Source: an uncultured Acidobacteriota bacterium | Lineage (GTDB): Bacteria; Acidobacteriota; Vicinamibacteria; Vicinamibacterales; CAVVIG01 | Reading direction: 5' to 3' | Assembly: GCA_963749565.1 (NCBI GenBank) | Contig: CAVVNL010000004.1 | Coordinates: 142,628 to 206,627 of the forward strand | DNA: 64,000 nt | Shown: one piece after another, positions 22,246 through 34,063 of the stretch | Numbering within the stretch: position 1 is the stretch's first letter | How the letters are laid out: every line of letters starts with the position of its first letter | Program-made: the position numbers and the translations under genes | Notes under the pieces: generated by a model | Told to the model about the DNA's origin: nothing | The model's database searches: none | What the model saw: only the letters and a program-made list of their open reading frames with translations

Positions 22246-23679
22246 ATGAACACATCGCTATGCAGGAAACTGTTTTTCTACGTCGTTCCGCTGGCTGCGG
22301 CCACCCTGTGGGTGGCCCACACCCGGAGTGTAATCGCGGACTCCAGGGTGGAAGCCGACTTCAACGGCGACGGTCATGCGGATCTGGCGATCGGGCTTCC
22401 TTTCGAGGACGTAGGAGGGATAGTCAACGCCGGCGCGGTGAACATCATTTACGGCTCTGAGGTAGGACTGGCGCCCGCCGGGAATCAGTTCTGGACGCAG
22501 GATAGCGATGGAATCGAAGGCGTTGCCGAATCGGAAGACCAGTTTGGAAGGGCGCTCGCTGCTGGCGACTTCAATGGCGATGGCTGGCATGACCTGGCGA
22601 TCGGGGTAGCACTTGAATCCGTTGGAACCCTGGAGTTCGCGGGAGCCGTGAACATTCTCTACGGCTCGGCTGCTGGTCTCACCGCCGCGGGAGACCAGAT
22701 CTGGACCCAGAACAGCGAGGGAATTCTGGGTGTTGCCGAATCCGACGATCACTTTGGGGACGCCCTGAGTGCGGGCGACTTCAACGGCGACGGCCGCGAT
22801 GATCTGGCCATCGGCGCCACCGGGGACAGTGTTGGAAGTGTGAACGGCGCGGGGGCCGTGAGCATCGTCTACGGCTCTGCCGCCGGCCTGACTGCTACTG
22901 GGAACCAGATTTGGACTCAAGATAGCCCGGGAATCGACGACCAGGCAGACGCCTTCGACAGGTTCGGATTCGCTTTGACGGCAGGGGATTTCGACGGGGA
23001 CGGCCGCGATGACCTGGCCGTCGGCGTACCCGACGAGGACTTCGGCGGATTCGGCGGTCCGGTTAGCGCCGGCGCTGTGCACGTTTTGCGAGGCTCGGCC
23101 GCTGGTCTAACGGCCGAAGGGAACCAGTTTTGGACGCAGGACAGCCCTGGAATACAGGGCGTGCTCGAAGGAGGCGACCATTTCGGTTCTAGCCTCGCCG
23201 CGGGCGACTTCAATTTCGACGGGCAAGACGACCTCGCCGTCGGAAGTCCCCTCGAAGACATTGGAAGCATCCTGCACGCCGGCGCCGTGAACGTCCTGTA
23301 TGGGACGCTCTTTTCTGGGCTCACGGCGGTCGACAATCAGATCTGGTCGCAAGAGAGCCCTGGAATCAACGGTGTGGCTGAACAGACTGACAATTTCGGA
23401 CGGGTGGTGGCTGGCGACTTCGATGGAAACGGCGTGGATGACTTGGCGATCGGTGTTCCTAGAGAGACTGTCGGGAATGTGGAGGCGGGCGCTGTGAACG
23501 TCCTCTATGGTGTGTCAGGAGCCGGGCTGACGTCGCTCAACAACCAGATCTGGTCGCAAGATAGCCCCGGGATCGACGGTATCGCGGAAAGCGGCGACTT
23601 CGTCTTGTGCGGGATACCCCTGGCGGTTAAGAAACGACTATATCACGCGATTTTTCTGAGGATGAAGCACTTCAGGTAG
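22246..23679 (+). CDS. FG-GAP/VCBS (integrin-alpha-like) repeat protein, 3-prime truncated at a repeat junction
   Basis: Signal-like MNTSLCRKLFFYVVPLAAATLWVA and six ~65-aa units (GDFNGDG..DLAIG...AGAVN.LYGS..GL...NQIWTQDSPGI.G.AE..D.FG..LA). The sixth unit breaks off at AESGDF, exactly where direct-repeat copy B starts (23602). Codon third positions are visibly less GC-rich than in neighbouring genes. Confidence 0.75.
   Translation: MNTSLCRKLFFYVVPLAAATLWVAHTRSVIADSRVEADFNGDGHADLAIGLPFEDVGGIVNAGAVNIIYGSEVGLAPAGNQFWTQDSDGIEGVAESEDQFGRALAAGDFNGDGWHDLAIGVALESVGTLEFAGAVNILYGSAAGLTAAGDQIWTQNSEGILGVAESDDHFGDALSAGDFNGDGRDDLAIGATGDSVGSVNGAGAVSIVYGSAAGLTATGNQIWTQDSPGIDDQADAFDRFGFALTAGDFDGDGRDDLAVGVPDEDFGGFGGPVSAGAVHVLRGSAAGLTAEGNQFWTQDSPGIQGVLEGGDHFGSSLAAGDFNFDGQDDLAVGSPLEDIGSILHAGAVNVLYGTLFSGLTAVDNQIWSQESPGINGVAEQTDNFGRVVAGDFDGNGVDDLAIGVPRETVGNVEAGAVNVLYGVSGAGLTSLNNQIWSQDSPGIDGIAESGDFVLCGIPLAVKKRLYHAIFLRMKHFR
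23602..23644. repeat. direct repeat copy B (orphan 5-prime riboswitch fragment plus TATAGT box)
   Basis: gtcttgtgcgggatacccctggcggttaagaaacgactatatc. It overlaps the rlmI stop codon (23643-23645) and supplies the last codons of the FG-GAP ORF. Confidence 0.85.
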
Positions 23680-24814
23680 TACGTCTCCGGCACGCCGAGC
23701 AGGACGGGATGATCGCGTCCCTGCATCCGCTTTTCGACGACCGTCACGTGCACCCGGGCATCGACCGCCGCTTCGTACACGATCTCGGCGAACGCGGCCT
23801 CGCCGATGTTGTACGAGCAGCTGCAGGTCACCAGCGTGCCGCCCGGATTGAGCAGCTTCAGCGCGCGCAGATTGATCTCCTTGTATCCGGACGTCGCTTT
23901 GGCGATCGACGCCTTGTTCTTCGCGAACGCCGGCGGATCGAGCACGATGGTGTCGAACCGCTCGCGAAGCCGCTCGAGCCCGCGCAGCTCGTCGAACACG
24001 TTCCCCACGCGCGCGTCGACCGCCACGCCATTTCTGGCGGCATTCGCGCGCAGCCGGGCGATGGCGTCTTCGGAGGCGTCGATGGCGATCGTTTCCTCGC
24101 ATCGCCGTCCGAGCGCAAGCGCGAACCCGCCGTGGTAGCTGAAGCAGTCGAGCAGGCGCCCTCGCGCGTAGCCGGCGGCCGCCGCCCGGTTCTCGCGTTG
24201 ATCGAGAAACAGCCCCGTCTTCTGGCCCTTGCGCAAGTCGACGTCGTACTCGATGCCCGACTCGGTGACGGTCGACCGTCTCCGGAATCTCCCCGGAAAG
24301 CACGTCAACGTGCTGCTCGAGGCCCTCGAGCACCCGCGTGCGAGGATCGTTGCGCGCGAGAATCCCGCGCGGATGCAGCAGATCGTTCAACGCCGCGACC
24401 ACGGCCGGCAGGAGGCGATCCATGCCCTGAGACAGCGCCTGCACGACGAGATATTCGCCATAACGATCGACGATGAGCGACGGGAGCAGATCGGCCTCTC
24501 CGTGCACGAGGCGGTACGCCGTCGCGTCGATGGCGAGCGAGTGCGCGGAATGCGATGGCCGATTCGATGCGCCGGCGGATCAGCCCTTCGTCCGCCGGCT
24601 TCTCTCCGTCCGTCAGCATCCGGAGCGCGATCTGCGACGCGCTGCTGTAGAGGGCATGGCCGAGCGGACGTCCGCGCGGGTCGCGCACCAGCACGATGTC
24701 GCCCGCTTCGGCGCGGACATCGGCCAGATCCGCGCGATAGATCCACGGATGGCCGCCGCTCACCCGCTGCTCGCCGCGGGCGGAGATGACGACGACGGAG
24801 TTCATGTCACTCAT
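23643..24814 (-). CDS. rlmI: 23S rRNA (cytosine-C5)-methyltransferase RlmI-like (two frame breaks)
   Basis: PUA-like N-terminus (GHPWIYRADLADV), then YRLVHGEADLLPSLIVDRYGEYLVVQ, and an MTase core (GLFLDQRENR, LDCFSYHGGFAL, VLDPPAFAK, LVTCSCS). +1 breaks near 24525 and 24290 join ORFs 24305..24844, 23638..24507 and 23643..24308. Confidence 0.8.
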
Positions 24815-24830
24815 AGTACAATCGCTCGTC

Positions 24831-25271
24831 GTGCGCATCGCCATCGGCGCCGATCACGCCGGCTTTCCACTGAAAGAGCACCTGAAGCAGACGCTCCAGC
24901 AGACCGGGCACGTCGTCGACGATCACGGAACGCACAGTGAGGCGCCGGTGGACTACCCGCCTATCTGCATCGGCGTCGCGCGCGCGGTCGTCGAGGGCCG
25001 TGCCGATCGTGGTATCGTGCTCGGCGGAAGCGGCCAGGGCGAGCAAATCGCCGCCAACAAGGTGCCGGGCATTCGCGCGGCGCTGTGCAACGACCTGTAT
25101 ACGGCCCGTCTGTCACGCGAGCATAACGACGCCAACGTCCTCTCGATGGGCGGGCGGATCGTCGCGTTCGGCCTTGCGGACGAAATCCTGCGAGTCTGGC
25201 TCGAGACGGCGTTCGAGGGCGGACGGCATCAACGGCGAATCGATCAGATTGCGGAGCGAGCGCGGACCTGA
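24831..25271 (+). CDS. rpiB: ribose-5-phosphate isomerase B
   Basis: The GTG at 24831 gives (M)[17 protein letters not shown]. Also [23 protein letters not shown] and [11 protein letters not shown]. Confidence 0.85.
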   Translation: MRIAIGADHAGFPLKEHLKQTLQQTGHVVDDHGTHSEAPVDYPPICIGVARAVVEGRADRGIVLGGSGQGEQIAANKVPGIRAALCNDLYTARLSREHNDANVLSMGGRIVAFGLADEILRVWLETAFEGGRHQRRIDQIAERART

Positions 25272-25277
25272 TGCGGA

Positions 25278-25338
25278 GCGGACCTGATAAGGTCCGGCCA
25301 CGCGTAGGCCGATGTAGGCCGGGCCTTATCAGGCCCGG
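25278..25338. repeat. REP doublet (BIME-like), two inverted hairpins with GTAG/GTGG heads facing each other
   Basis: CGGACC-TGATAA-GGTCCG (25278-25295), then GCCAC GC GTAG GCCGAT GTAG, then GCCGGGCC-TTATCA-GGCCCGGC (25317-25338). The two loops are reverse complements of each other. There is also a direct repeat gcggacctgat x2 (25261, 25277). Confidence 0.7.
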
Positions 25339-25348
25339 CGAGGAAAAC

Positions 25349-26617
25349 ATGACGACAGAGACCACTACCGCCATGCTGCGCACGCTCGCCGAGACCGACC
25401 CCGAGGTGGCGCAGGCGATCCGCGACGAGCGCGAACGGCAGAACAACGGCATCGAGCTGATCGCGTCGGAAAACTTCGTCAGCCGCGCCGTCCTCGAAGC
25501 CGCCGGCTCTGTTCTGACGAACAAATACGCCGAGGGCTATCCCGGCCGGCGGTACTACGGCGGCTGCGAATTCGTCGACGTCGTCGAGCGCGCCGCGATC
25601 GCGCGCGCGAAGGCGCTCTTTGGCGCCGACCACGCCAACGTGCAGCCTCACTCGGGCGCGCAGGCGAACATGGCGGTGTATTTCGCGCTGCTCAAGCCGG
25701 GCGACACCGTGCTCGGCATGAACCTCGCGCACGGCGGCCACCTGACGCACGGCCACCCGCTCAATTTTTCGGGCAAGCTCTACACGATCGTTCCCTATGG
25801 CGTCCGGAAGTCGGACGAGCGGATCGATTACGACGAGCTCGATCGGCTGGCGGACGAGCACAAGCCCAGGATGATCATCGTCGGCGCGAGCGCCTATCCC
25901 CGCATCATCGACTTCGGGCGGATCCGGGCGGCGGCCGATCGAATCGGTGCCGCGGTCATGACGGACATGGCGCACATCGCCGGACTGGTGGCGGCGGGCC
26001 TCCATCCCAGCCCCGTGCCGCACTCCGACTTCGTGACGACCACGACGCACAAGACGTTGAGGGGGCCGCGGGCGGGCATGGTGCTGTGCCGCGAGCAGCA
26101 TGCGAAGGAAATCGACAAGTCGGTGTTCCCCGGGGTGCAGGGCGGTCCGCTCATGCACATCATCGCCGCCAAGGCGGTCTGCTTCAAGGAAGCGGGCGAG
26201 CCGGCCTTCAAGGAGTACCAGACGCAGATCACCGCGAACGCCAGGCGGCTGGCGGACGCGCTGTCAACTGCCGGCTTCCGGCTGGTCAGCGGCGGTACCG
26301 ACAATCACCTGATGCTCGTGGACGTGTTCTCGAAGGGCATCACGGGCAAGGCGGCTGAAGCCGCGCTCGGCAAGGCAGGCATCACGGTCAACAAGAACGC
26401 GATTCCGTTCGACCAGAATCCCCCGATGGTGGCCAGCGGCATCCGCGTCGGCACGCCGGCAGTGACGACGCGAGGCATGCGCGAGCCGCAGATGGAAACC
26501 ATCAGCGAGCTCATCGCGCGGGCCCTGAAGACCCCCGACGACGATCGGGCGCTCGGAATGATCAAGACGGAAGTCGAGACGCTGTGCCGGAAGTTCCCGC
26601 TGTATCCGGAGGTCTGA
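25349..26617 (+). CDS. glyA: serine hydroxymethyltransferase
   Basis: The ATG at 25349 gives [20 protein letters not shown]. Also [26 protein letters not shown] and [12 protein letters not shown]. Intact. Confidence 0.95.
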   Translation: MTTETTTAMLRTLAETDPEVAQAIRDERERQNNGIELIASENFVSRAVLEAAGSVLTNKYAEGYPGRRYYGGCEFVDVVERAAIARAKALFGADHANVQPHSGAQANMAVYFALLKPGDTVLGMNLAHGGHLTHGHPLNFSGKLYTIVPYGVRKSDERIDYDELDRLADEHKPRMIIVGASAYPRIIDFGRIRAAADRIGAAVMTDMAHIAGLVAAGLHPSPVPHSDFVTTTTHKTLRGPRAGMVLCREQHAKEIDKSVFPGVQGGPLMHIIAAKAVCFKEAGEPAFKEYQTQITANARRLADALSTAGFRLVSGGTDNHLMLVDVFSKGITGKAAEAALGKAGITVNKNAIPFDQNPPMVASGIRVGTPAVTTRGMREPQMETISELIARALKTPDDDRALGMIKTEVETLCRKFPLYPEV

Positions 26618-28743
26618 GCGAGTCCGTCCAGGCCATCTTCGCGCCCGGCGGCGCGCTGGCCCGGGCGATTCCCGGCTTCGAGGGCCGTCCCGGACAGATC
26701 GAGATGGCCGTCGCCGTCGCCCGGCGGTTCGAAGCGGGCGGCGTGCTCCTCGCCGAGGCGGGGACCGGCACGGGGAAGACGCTGGCGTACCTGGTTCCCG
26801 CGATTCTCAGCCGCCAGCGGGTGCTGATTTCGACGGGCACCAAGAACCTCCAGGAACAGATCTATTTCAAGGACATCCCCGCATTGCGGGACGCGCTCGG
26901 TGTGCCCTTCACGGCGACGTACATGAAGGGGCGGGCGAACTACCTCTGCCTGCATCGCCTCGATCAGCTGGATCCGGACGGGCGGGAGCGGCAGGAGGGG
27001 CAGGACAGGCAGGAAACATTCGTTCCAGCCCGTCCCGCCTTTCCCGCCCTTCCTGCCTTCTCCCGAGCGTCGGACGCTGCGGTGAACGTCTTCCTGCCGA
27101 TCATCCGCGAGTGGTCGGCGCGGACGGAGACGGGCGATCGCGCGGAGCTCGCCGACCTGCCCGAAGACGTGCCGGTGTGGAACGACGTGTCGGCGACCGC
27201 CGAAACGTGCCTCGGAACGGACTGCCCGCGTTACGACGACTGTTTCGTGACCCGGATGCGTCAGCGCGCCGCCGCTTCCGACGTCGTCATCGTCAACCAT
27301 CACCTGCTCTGCGCCGACGCCGCGGTCCGGCAGAACGCCTTCGGGGAAGTCATCCCGGCCTGCGCCAACGCGATCATCGACGAAGCGCATCAGCTCGAGG
27401 ACGTGGCGACGCAGTATTTCGGCTATAGCGTCAGCAACTACCGTCTGGAAGAACTGGCTCGGGACGTCGAACGGCTGACGGCGGCCGGTGACGTCACCGA
27501 CGAACGCGGCGTCGCCGCAGCGGTTGCCGGCCTGCGCGATGGCGCCCGCGCGTTCTTCGGCGATCTGGCCCTGGCGCATCGCAGCACGGATCGCGTTCGT
27601 GGCGAGGAACGCGTGCGCGCCAGCTCGTCGTCCCTTCTGCAAGCAGCCGAGGCAGCGGCGCAACTGACGGGCGCACTCGATCTCGTCGAGGCCGCCTTCA
27701 CGGTCCGGCTAAAGCCGGACACTACGACTACGACTCCGAACCATTCAGTACAGCGTCCGGCTTCAGCCGGACCGTGATCCCGACGGCGACTCCGACAGAA
27801 CGAGGCGGTCGCGACGCTCGCCCGACGCGCTGCCGCGCTACGCGACGAAATCAGGCTCCTGCTGCGCGCGGGCGACGCCGACTTCGTATATTTTGTCGAG
27901 TTCCGCGGGCGGGGCATTTTCCTCAGGGCCGCGCCGGTGGACGTCTCGGCCATCGTTCGGGAATTGCTGCTGGATCGGATGCGCACGACCATTCTCACGT
28001 CCGCGACGCTCACCGTGGACGGCACCTTCGAGTACATCCGGAAGCGGCTTGGCATCAGGGGCGCGGATGAGGTCTGCCTGCCGTCGGAGTTCGATTTCGA
28101 GCAACAGGCCATCATGTATCTCCCGCGGCGCATGCCGGATCCGCGGTCGAGCGATTTCCCGCTGGCGGCGGGCCGCGAAGTCGTCGAGATCCTGAAACGA
28201 ACGCGCGGACGGGCTTTCGTCCTGTTCACCAGCTACGCCACGATGCGCGATGTGCTGGGCATCGCCGAGATGGCGCTCGAGTATCCGATCTTCGCGCAGG
28301 GCTCGGCTCCCCGCACCCAGTTGCTCAAGCTCTTCCGTGAGACGCCGCACGCCGTGCTGTTTGCCACGTCCAGTTTCTGGCAGGGCGTTGACGTCGCGGG
28401 CGAGGCGCTGAGCTGCGTGATCATCGACAAGCTGCCGTTCGCCTCGCCGTCCGATCCGGTCACCGCGGCCAGGATCGATGCCGTCCGCGAGCGCGGCGGC
28501 GATGCCTTCGGCGAGTATCAGGTTCCCCTCGCCATTCTGGCGCTCCAGCAGGGACTGGGACGCTTGATCCGTCACCGGCAGGACCGCGGCGTGCTTGCCG
28601 TGCTCGATCCACGGCTGCGCACAAAGGGGTACGGGCGGCGGTTTCTCGCTTCGTTCCCACCGGCGCCGCAGGTGTCGGATTTCGCCCGTATCGAGGCCTT
28701 TTTTTGCCCTTCGGCCGAGGCGGTGAAAAAGAGTAAACTGTAG
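26584..28743 (+). CDS. DinG/Rad3(XPD)-family ATP-dependent DNA helicase, single frame but interrupted by an in-frame TGA at 27775-27777
   Basis: Walker [15 protein letters not shown], Fe-S cysteines (NYLC...[12 protein letters not shown]), DEAH box [10 protein letters not shown], and C-terminal motifs [28 protein letters not shown]. ORFs 26584..27777 and 27937..28743 share a frame, and the intervening codons are open. Confidence 0.8.
27703..27772. repeat. REP doublet embedded in the helicase ORF
   Basis: GTCCGGC-TAAA-GCCGGAC (27703-27720), a 34-nt spacer with ACTACG ACTACG ACT and CTAC/GTAC heads, then GTCCGGC-TTCA-GCCGGAC (27755-27772). The in-frame TGA follows 2 nt later. Confidence 0.75.
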
Positions 28744-28780
28744 CCAGCCTGCTTTTTTCTTCATTGCTCAGGAGGGTTTC

Positions 28781-29728
28781 ATGGTCTGCCGAGACACCGG
28801 CCGCATGTTTCGTGTGACTTTTCTCGCCGTGCTCGTCGCGCTCGGGCTGGCGTTGCCGGTTGCCGCCCAGAACCTTGTCGTCGGCAGGGTGACGGATGTG
28901 AAGGGCCAGCCGGTCGAAGGTGCGGTTGTCACCATCGCGCAGCCGAGCAGCGGTCGCAAATACGAAACGAAAACCAACAAGAACGGCGAATACACCCAGG
29001 TCGGACTCATCGCCGGGGCGTACACGGTCACCGTGACGAAGGAAGGCGTTGGCTCGGCGAAGGGCAACATCGCTGTCAAGGGCGGGCGGGTTCCAGCCAA
29101 CTTCGTGGTCGGCGTGACGGCCGAGTCGGCCGGCGAAGGCATGAGCAGGACCTTCAACGAAGGTGTGGCGGCGAGCGCCGCCGGCAACTTCGACGAAGCG
29201 ATCGCCAAGTTCATGGAGGCGGTGAAGACGAACCCGCAATGCTCCGACTGCTACTACAACATCGGGGTTGCGAACGCCGGGAAGAAGGACTACGCCAAGG
29301 CCGAAGAAGCGTACAACATGTCGATCCAGCAGAAGCCCACTGCCGAGGCGTACAACGGCCTCGCGCAGGCGCTGACCGCTCAGCGAAAGACCGATGAGGC
29401 TTCGGCGGCCGCCAAGAAGGCGGCGGAACTGATGGCGACAGCAGGCCCGGCCGCTGGTGGCGGCGACCCGGAAGCGCTGGTCAACCAGGGCAAGATTTTC
29501 ATCAACGCCGGCAACATGGCCGACGCGAAGACGCAGTTCCAGAACGCGATCGCCGCCAAGCCCGATCATGCGGACGCGCATTTTTTCCTTGGAAACGTGC
29601 TCGTGGGCGAAGGGAACTTCGGGGAAGCGGTCAAGGAGTTCGAGACGTATCTCAAGTTCGCGCCCACTGGCCCGAACGCCAAGCAGGCTCAAGACAACGT
29701 GAACGCGTTGAAGCCGCTGGTCAAGTAA
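28781..29728 (+). CDS. secreted carboxypeptidase-regulatory-like (CarboxypepD_reg) plus TPR-repeat protein
   Basis: AGGAGGG lies 5 nt before the ATG. Signal MFRVTFLAVLVALGLALPVAAQ. GRVTDVKGQPVEGAVVTI...TNKNGEYTQVGLIAGAYTVTV, then TPR-like helices (CYYNIGVANAGKKDYAKAEEAY...). Confidence 0.7.
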   Translation: MVCRDTGRMFRVTFLAVLVALGLALPVAAQNLVVGRVTDVKGQPVEGAVVTIAQPSSGRKYETKTNKNGEYTQVGLIAGAYTVTVTKEGVGSAKGNIAVKGGRVPANFVVGVTAESAGEGMSRTFNEGVAASAAGNFDEAIAKFMEAVKTNPQCSDCYYNIGVANAGKKDYAKAEEAYNMSIQQKPTAEAYNGLAQALTAQRKTDEASAAAKKAAELMATAGPAAGGGDPEALVNQGKIFINAGNMADAKTQFQNAIAAKPDHADAHFFLGNVLVGEGNFGEAVKEFETYLKFAPTGPNAKQAQDNVNALKPLVK

Positions 29729-29744
29729 GCGCACCGCGCAATGC

Positions 29745-30467
29745 ATGCCTGAACCCGCCGCGCTCCGTGCCCGGCTGGCTGACGTTCGCGATCGCATCGC
29801 GCGCGCCGCCGGCCGGGCCGGGCGCGACCCCTCCTCGATTCGCCTCGTCGCCATCTCCAAAACCTTCACTGCCGACCACGTCCGGGCCGCGGCCGACTGC
29901 GGCCAGGTCGACTTCGGAGAAAACAAGGTCCAGGAGGCCCTGGAAAAGATGGATCGGACGGCCGATCTGTCGCTTCGCTGGCACCTTGTCGGGCATCTGC
30001 AGTCGAACAAGGCCAGGAAGGCCGGGGCGCGGTTCCACGTCGTCCACTCGGTCCACGATGCGGCTGTCGCGGCGCGATTGGATGAAGGGGCTCGCGGCCG
30101 GGGCAGCCAGCTGGAACTGCTGGCGCAGGTTGACCTGGCGGGCGAGCCGACCAAGCATGGCGCCCAGGCCGATGCAGTGCCCCGCATCTTCGAGGCAGCG
30201 CGGCCGTTCGTCGCAGCGCGGTTCGTCGGGCTGATGCTGCTGCCGCCGGCCGTGGACGACTCGGAGCAGGCGCGGCCCTACTTCCGCGCCGCGCGCGAGT
30301 TGAGGGATGAGCTGGTCGCCAGGGGCGTGGACAAGTCGATGCTTGTCGAGCTGTCCATGGGAATGAGCCAGGACTTCGAGATCGCGATCGAGGAAGGGGC
30401 CACGCTCGTTCGCGTCGGAACCGCCATTTTTGGCAGCCGCGGCCCTGGACCTTCAAGCCCTGTCTGA
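29745..30467 (+). CDS. yggS: YggS-family pyridoxal-phosphate homeostasis protein
   Basis: VAISKTF, FGENKVQE, WHLVGHLQSNKARK, LSMGMSQDFEIAIEEGATLVRVGTAIFG. Confidence 0.9.
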   Translation: MPEPAALRARLADVRDRIARAAGRAGRDPSSIRLVAISKTFTADHVRAAADCGQVDFGENKVQEALEKMDRTADLSLRWHLVGHLQSNKARKAGARFHVVHSVHDAAVAARLDEGARGRGSQLELLAQVDLAGEPTKHGAQADAVPRIFEAARPFVAARFVGLMLLPPAVDDSEQARPYFRAARELRDELVARGVDKSMLVELSMGMSQDFEIAIEEGATLVRVGTAIFGSRGPGPSSPV

Positions 30468-30533
30468 TCCGGACGACTACGGTCCGCCGCGTCTCGGCCC
30501 GATAAGCCGGAAAGCCCAGGAGAGCAGTCCAAA

Positions 30534-31092
30534 ATGAACGTAAGTCCCCTCGACCTCAGACAGCAGAGATTCCGATCCACCTTTCGCGGCTTCGACAAGA
30601 TCGAGGTCGCCTCGTTCCTCGCCGCGGTCGCCGACGACTACGAGCAGGCGCTCCGCGAAACGGATCGGCTTCGCCAGGATGCCACACGAATGGAGGCGGC
30701 AATCAACGAGCACCGCGAGCTGGAAAAGAATCTGAAAGCCACGCTGTTGACGGCGCAACGGCTCGCCGACGACGTCAGGGCCCAGGCGGATCGGGAAGCG
30801 AAGCACATCGTGCACGAGGCCGAAGGGCGCTCCGATTTGCTGCTGGAGAAGACGCCAGGCCAGGGCCGAAGACATTCAGCGCGGCATCGACGGATTGAAG
30901 CTCAAGCGCAAGGACGTCGAGACCACGATCGAGGCGACGATCCAGACCCTCCGCAACACGCTCGAATTCGTCCGCGAACAGGAGGCGCACGAGCGAGACG
31001 AGCGGGTTCTGTTCCATCGCCCGCGGCTCGCCGAAGCGCCGGAATCGGCTGCCCCCGAGCGCCGCCGGATGCAGGTGCAGGCCTTGCCCTGA
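30534..31092 (+). CDS. DivIVA-domain protein (one frame break)
   Basis: N-terminal DivIVA signature SPLDLRQQRFRSTFRGFDKIEVASFLAAVADDYE followed by coiled coil. A +1 break near 30855 joins ORF 30534..31190 to ORF 30895..31092. Confidence 0.75.
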
Positions 31093-31138
31093 TTCGAGCG
31101 ACTGCGGCAGGCGTCGAGCTCGACGTCCGTGTGGGGAA

Positions 31139-31471
31139 CTACAGGATGCTCGACAGGGTGTCGACGTGGAAGTCGAACGGCCAGGGGTAAACGAAGCCTG
31201 GCGCGACTTCGATCTCGCGGACGTAGGCGCCGTCCACGATCGTGTGACGATCCCGGGACAGCAGCGTGATATCGTCCACCGGAATGTCGAAGTTCGACGC
31301 GGCCTCGAAGATCCGCTTCCGCAGCATGTCGTCGGTCTGCTGCCCTCTGAACAACGAGAGCTGATGGACCGAGTCGGTGAATTTGTAGTGCGAGACGTAC
31401 GCGCTCCCGATGCGCCACGTCGCGTTGGCGATCAGGACGACGACGACCAGCTTGACGATCGTTTTTATCAA
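31139..31471 (-). CDS. small membrane-anchored hypothetical protein, translationally coupled to lepB
   Basis: N-terminal TM IVKLVVVVLIANATW. Its start overlaps the lepB stop by 4 nt. Confidence 0.55.
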   Translation of the reverse strand: MIKTIVKLVVVVLIANATWRIGSAYVSHYKFTDSVHQLSLFRGQQTDDMLRKRIFEAASNFDIPVDDITLLSRDRHTIVDGAYVREIEVAPGFVYPWPFDFHVDTLSSIL

Positions 31472-32172
31472 CGGATCTGGTGCAGCATGCGGTCCCAGCG
31501 GGTCCGCGTAAAGAAGTGGACGAACACGGATCCCAGCCGTTTCAGCGCCGCACCCGTGCCTTCCTCATAGTAGTCCCCGACGCCTGCGTCGTACGACCAA
31601 TAAATCACCAGCGCCTTGCCCTTGACGTAGTCCCGCGGCAGGAAGCCCCAATACCGGCTGTCCTGCGAGTTGTCGCGGTTATCGCCCATGACGAAATACT
31701 GGTCGGGCGGCACGGTCACCGGGCCGTAACGCTCCCGGACGTCGAAGGAGGTCACCTCCCGCAGGTCGGTGGAGGTGCCGGGCGGCTCGAGGAAATGGAC
31801 GTACGGTTCGTCGAGAGGGGTGCCATTTACCGAGACCCTCTTGTCACGCAGCTCGAGCGTGTCGCCGGGCAGGCCGATCACGCGCTTGATGAAGTCGCGG
31901 CCCGGATCTTCGGGGTACTTGAAGACGATGACATCGCCGCGCTTGATGGTGCCGATCGGCAGGAGCGCCCGTTCGATGGACGAGGCTGCGGGACCGAACG
32001 TGAACTTGTTGACGAGGAGGTGATCGCCGATGAGGAGGTTGTTCTCCATCGAACCGGTCGGGATCTTGAATGCCTGCACGACGAAGGTGCGGATGAACAA
32101 CGCGAGGATCACCGCGATGACGATTGATTCGAAGTACTCGCGAACGGTGGACTTCTTGAATGCGTTGCGCAT
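31468..32172 (-). CDS. lepB: signal peptidase I
   Basis: Catalytic Ser box IPTGSMENNLLIGDHLLVNKF, then KRVIGLPGD and GDNRDNSQDSRYWGF. Confidence 0.9.
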   Translation of the reverse strand: MRNAFKKSTVREYFESIVIAVILALFIRTFVVQAFKIPTGSMENNLLIGDHLLVNKFTFGPAASSIERALLPIGTIKRGDVIVFKYPEDPGRDFIKRVIGLPGDTLELRDKRVSVNGTPLDEPYVHFLEPPGTSTDLREVTSFDVRERYGPVTVPPDQYFVMGDNRDNSQDSRYWGFLPRDYVKGKALVIYWSYDAGVGDYYEEGTGAALKRLGSVFVHFFTRTRWDRMLHQIR

Positions 32173-32222
32173 GTGTGCTGGTCCAAAGCCGGGCGCCCGA
32201 GCTAGGCTCCGGGCCGGTTTAG

Positions 32223-34028
<1,806 letters not shown>

Positions 34029-34063
34029 TAGAGATGGAAGCGGGTGCTAGGCACCCGGCACCT

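Noticed and set aside
25271-25348. N-terminal extension of glyA in ORF 25271..26617
   Set aside because: The extension merely translates the REP doublet. The canonical SHMT N-terminus begins at the ATG at 25349.
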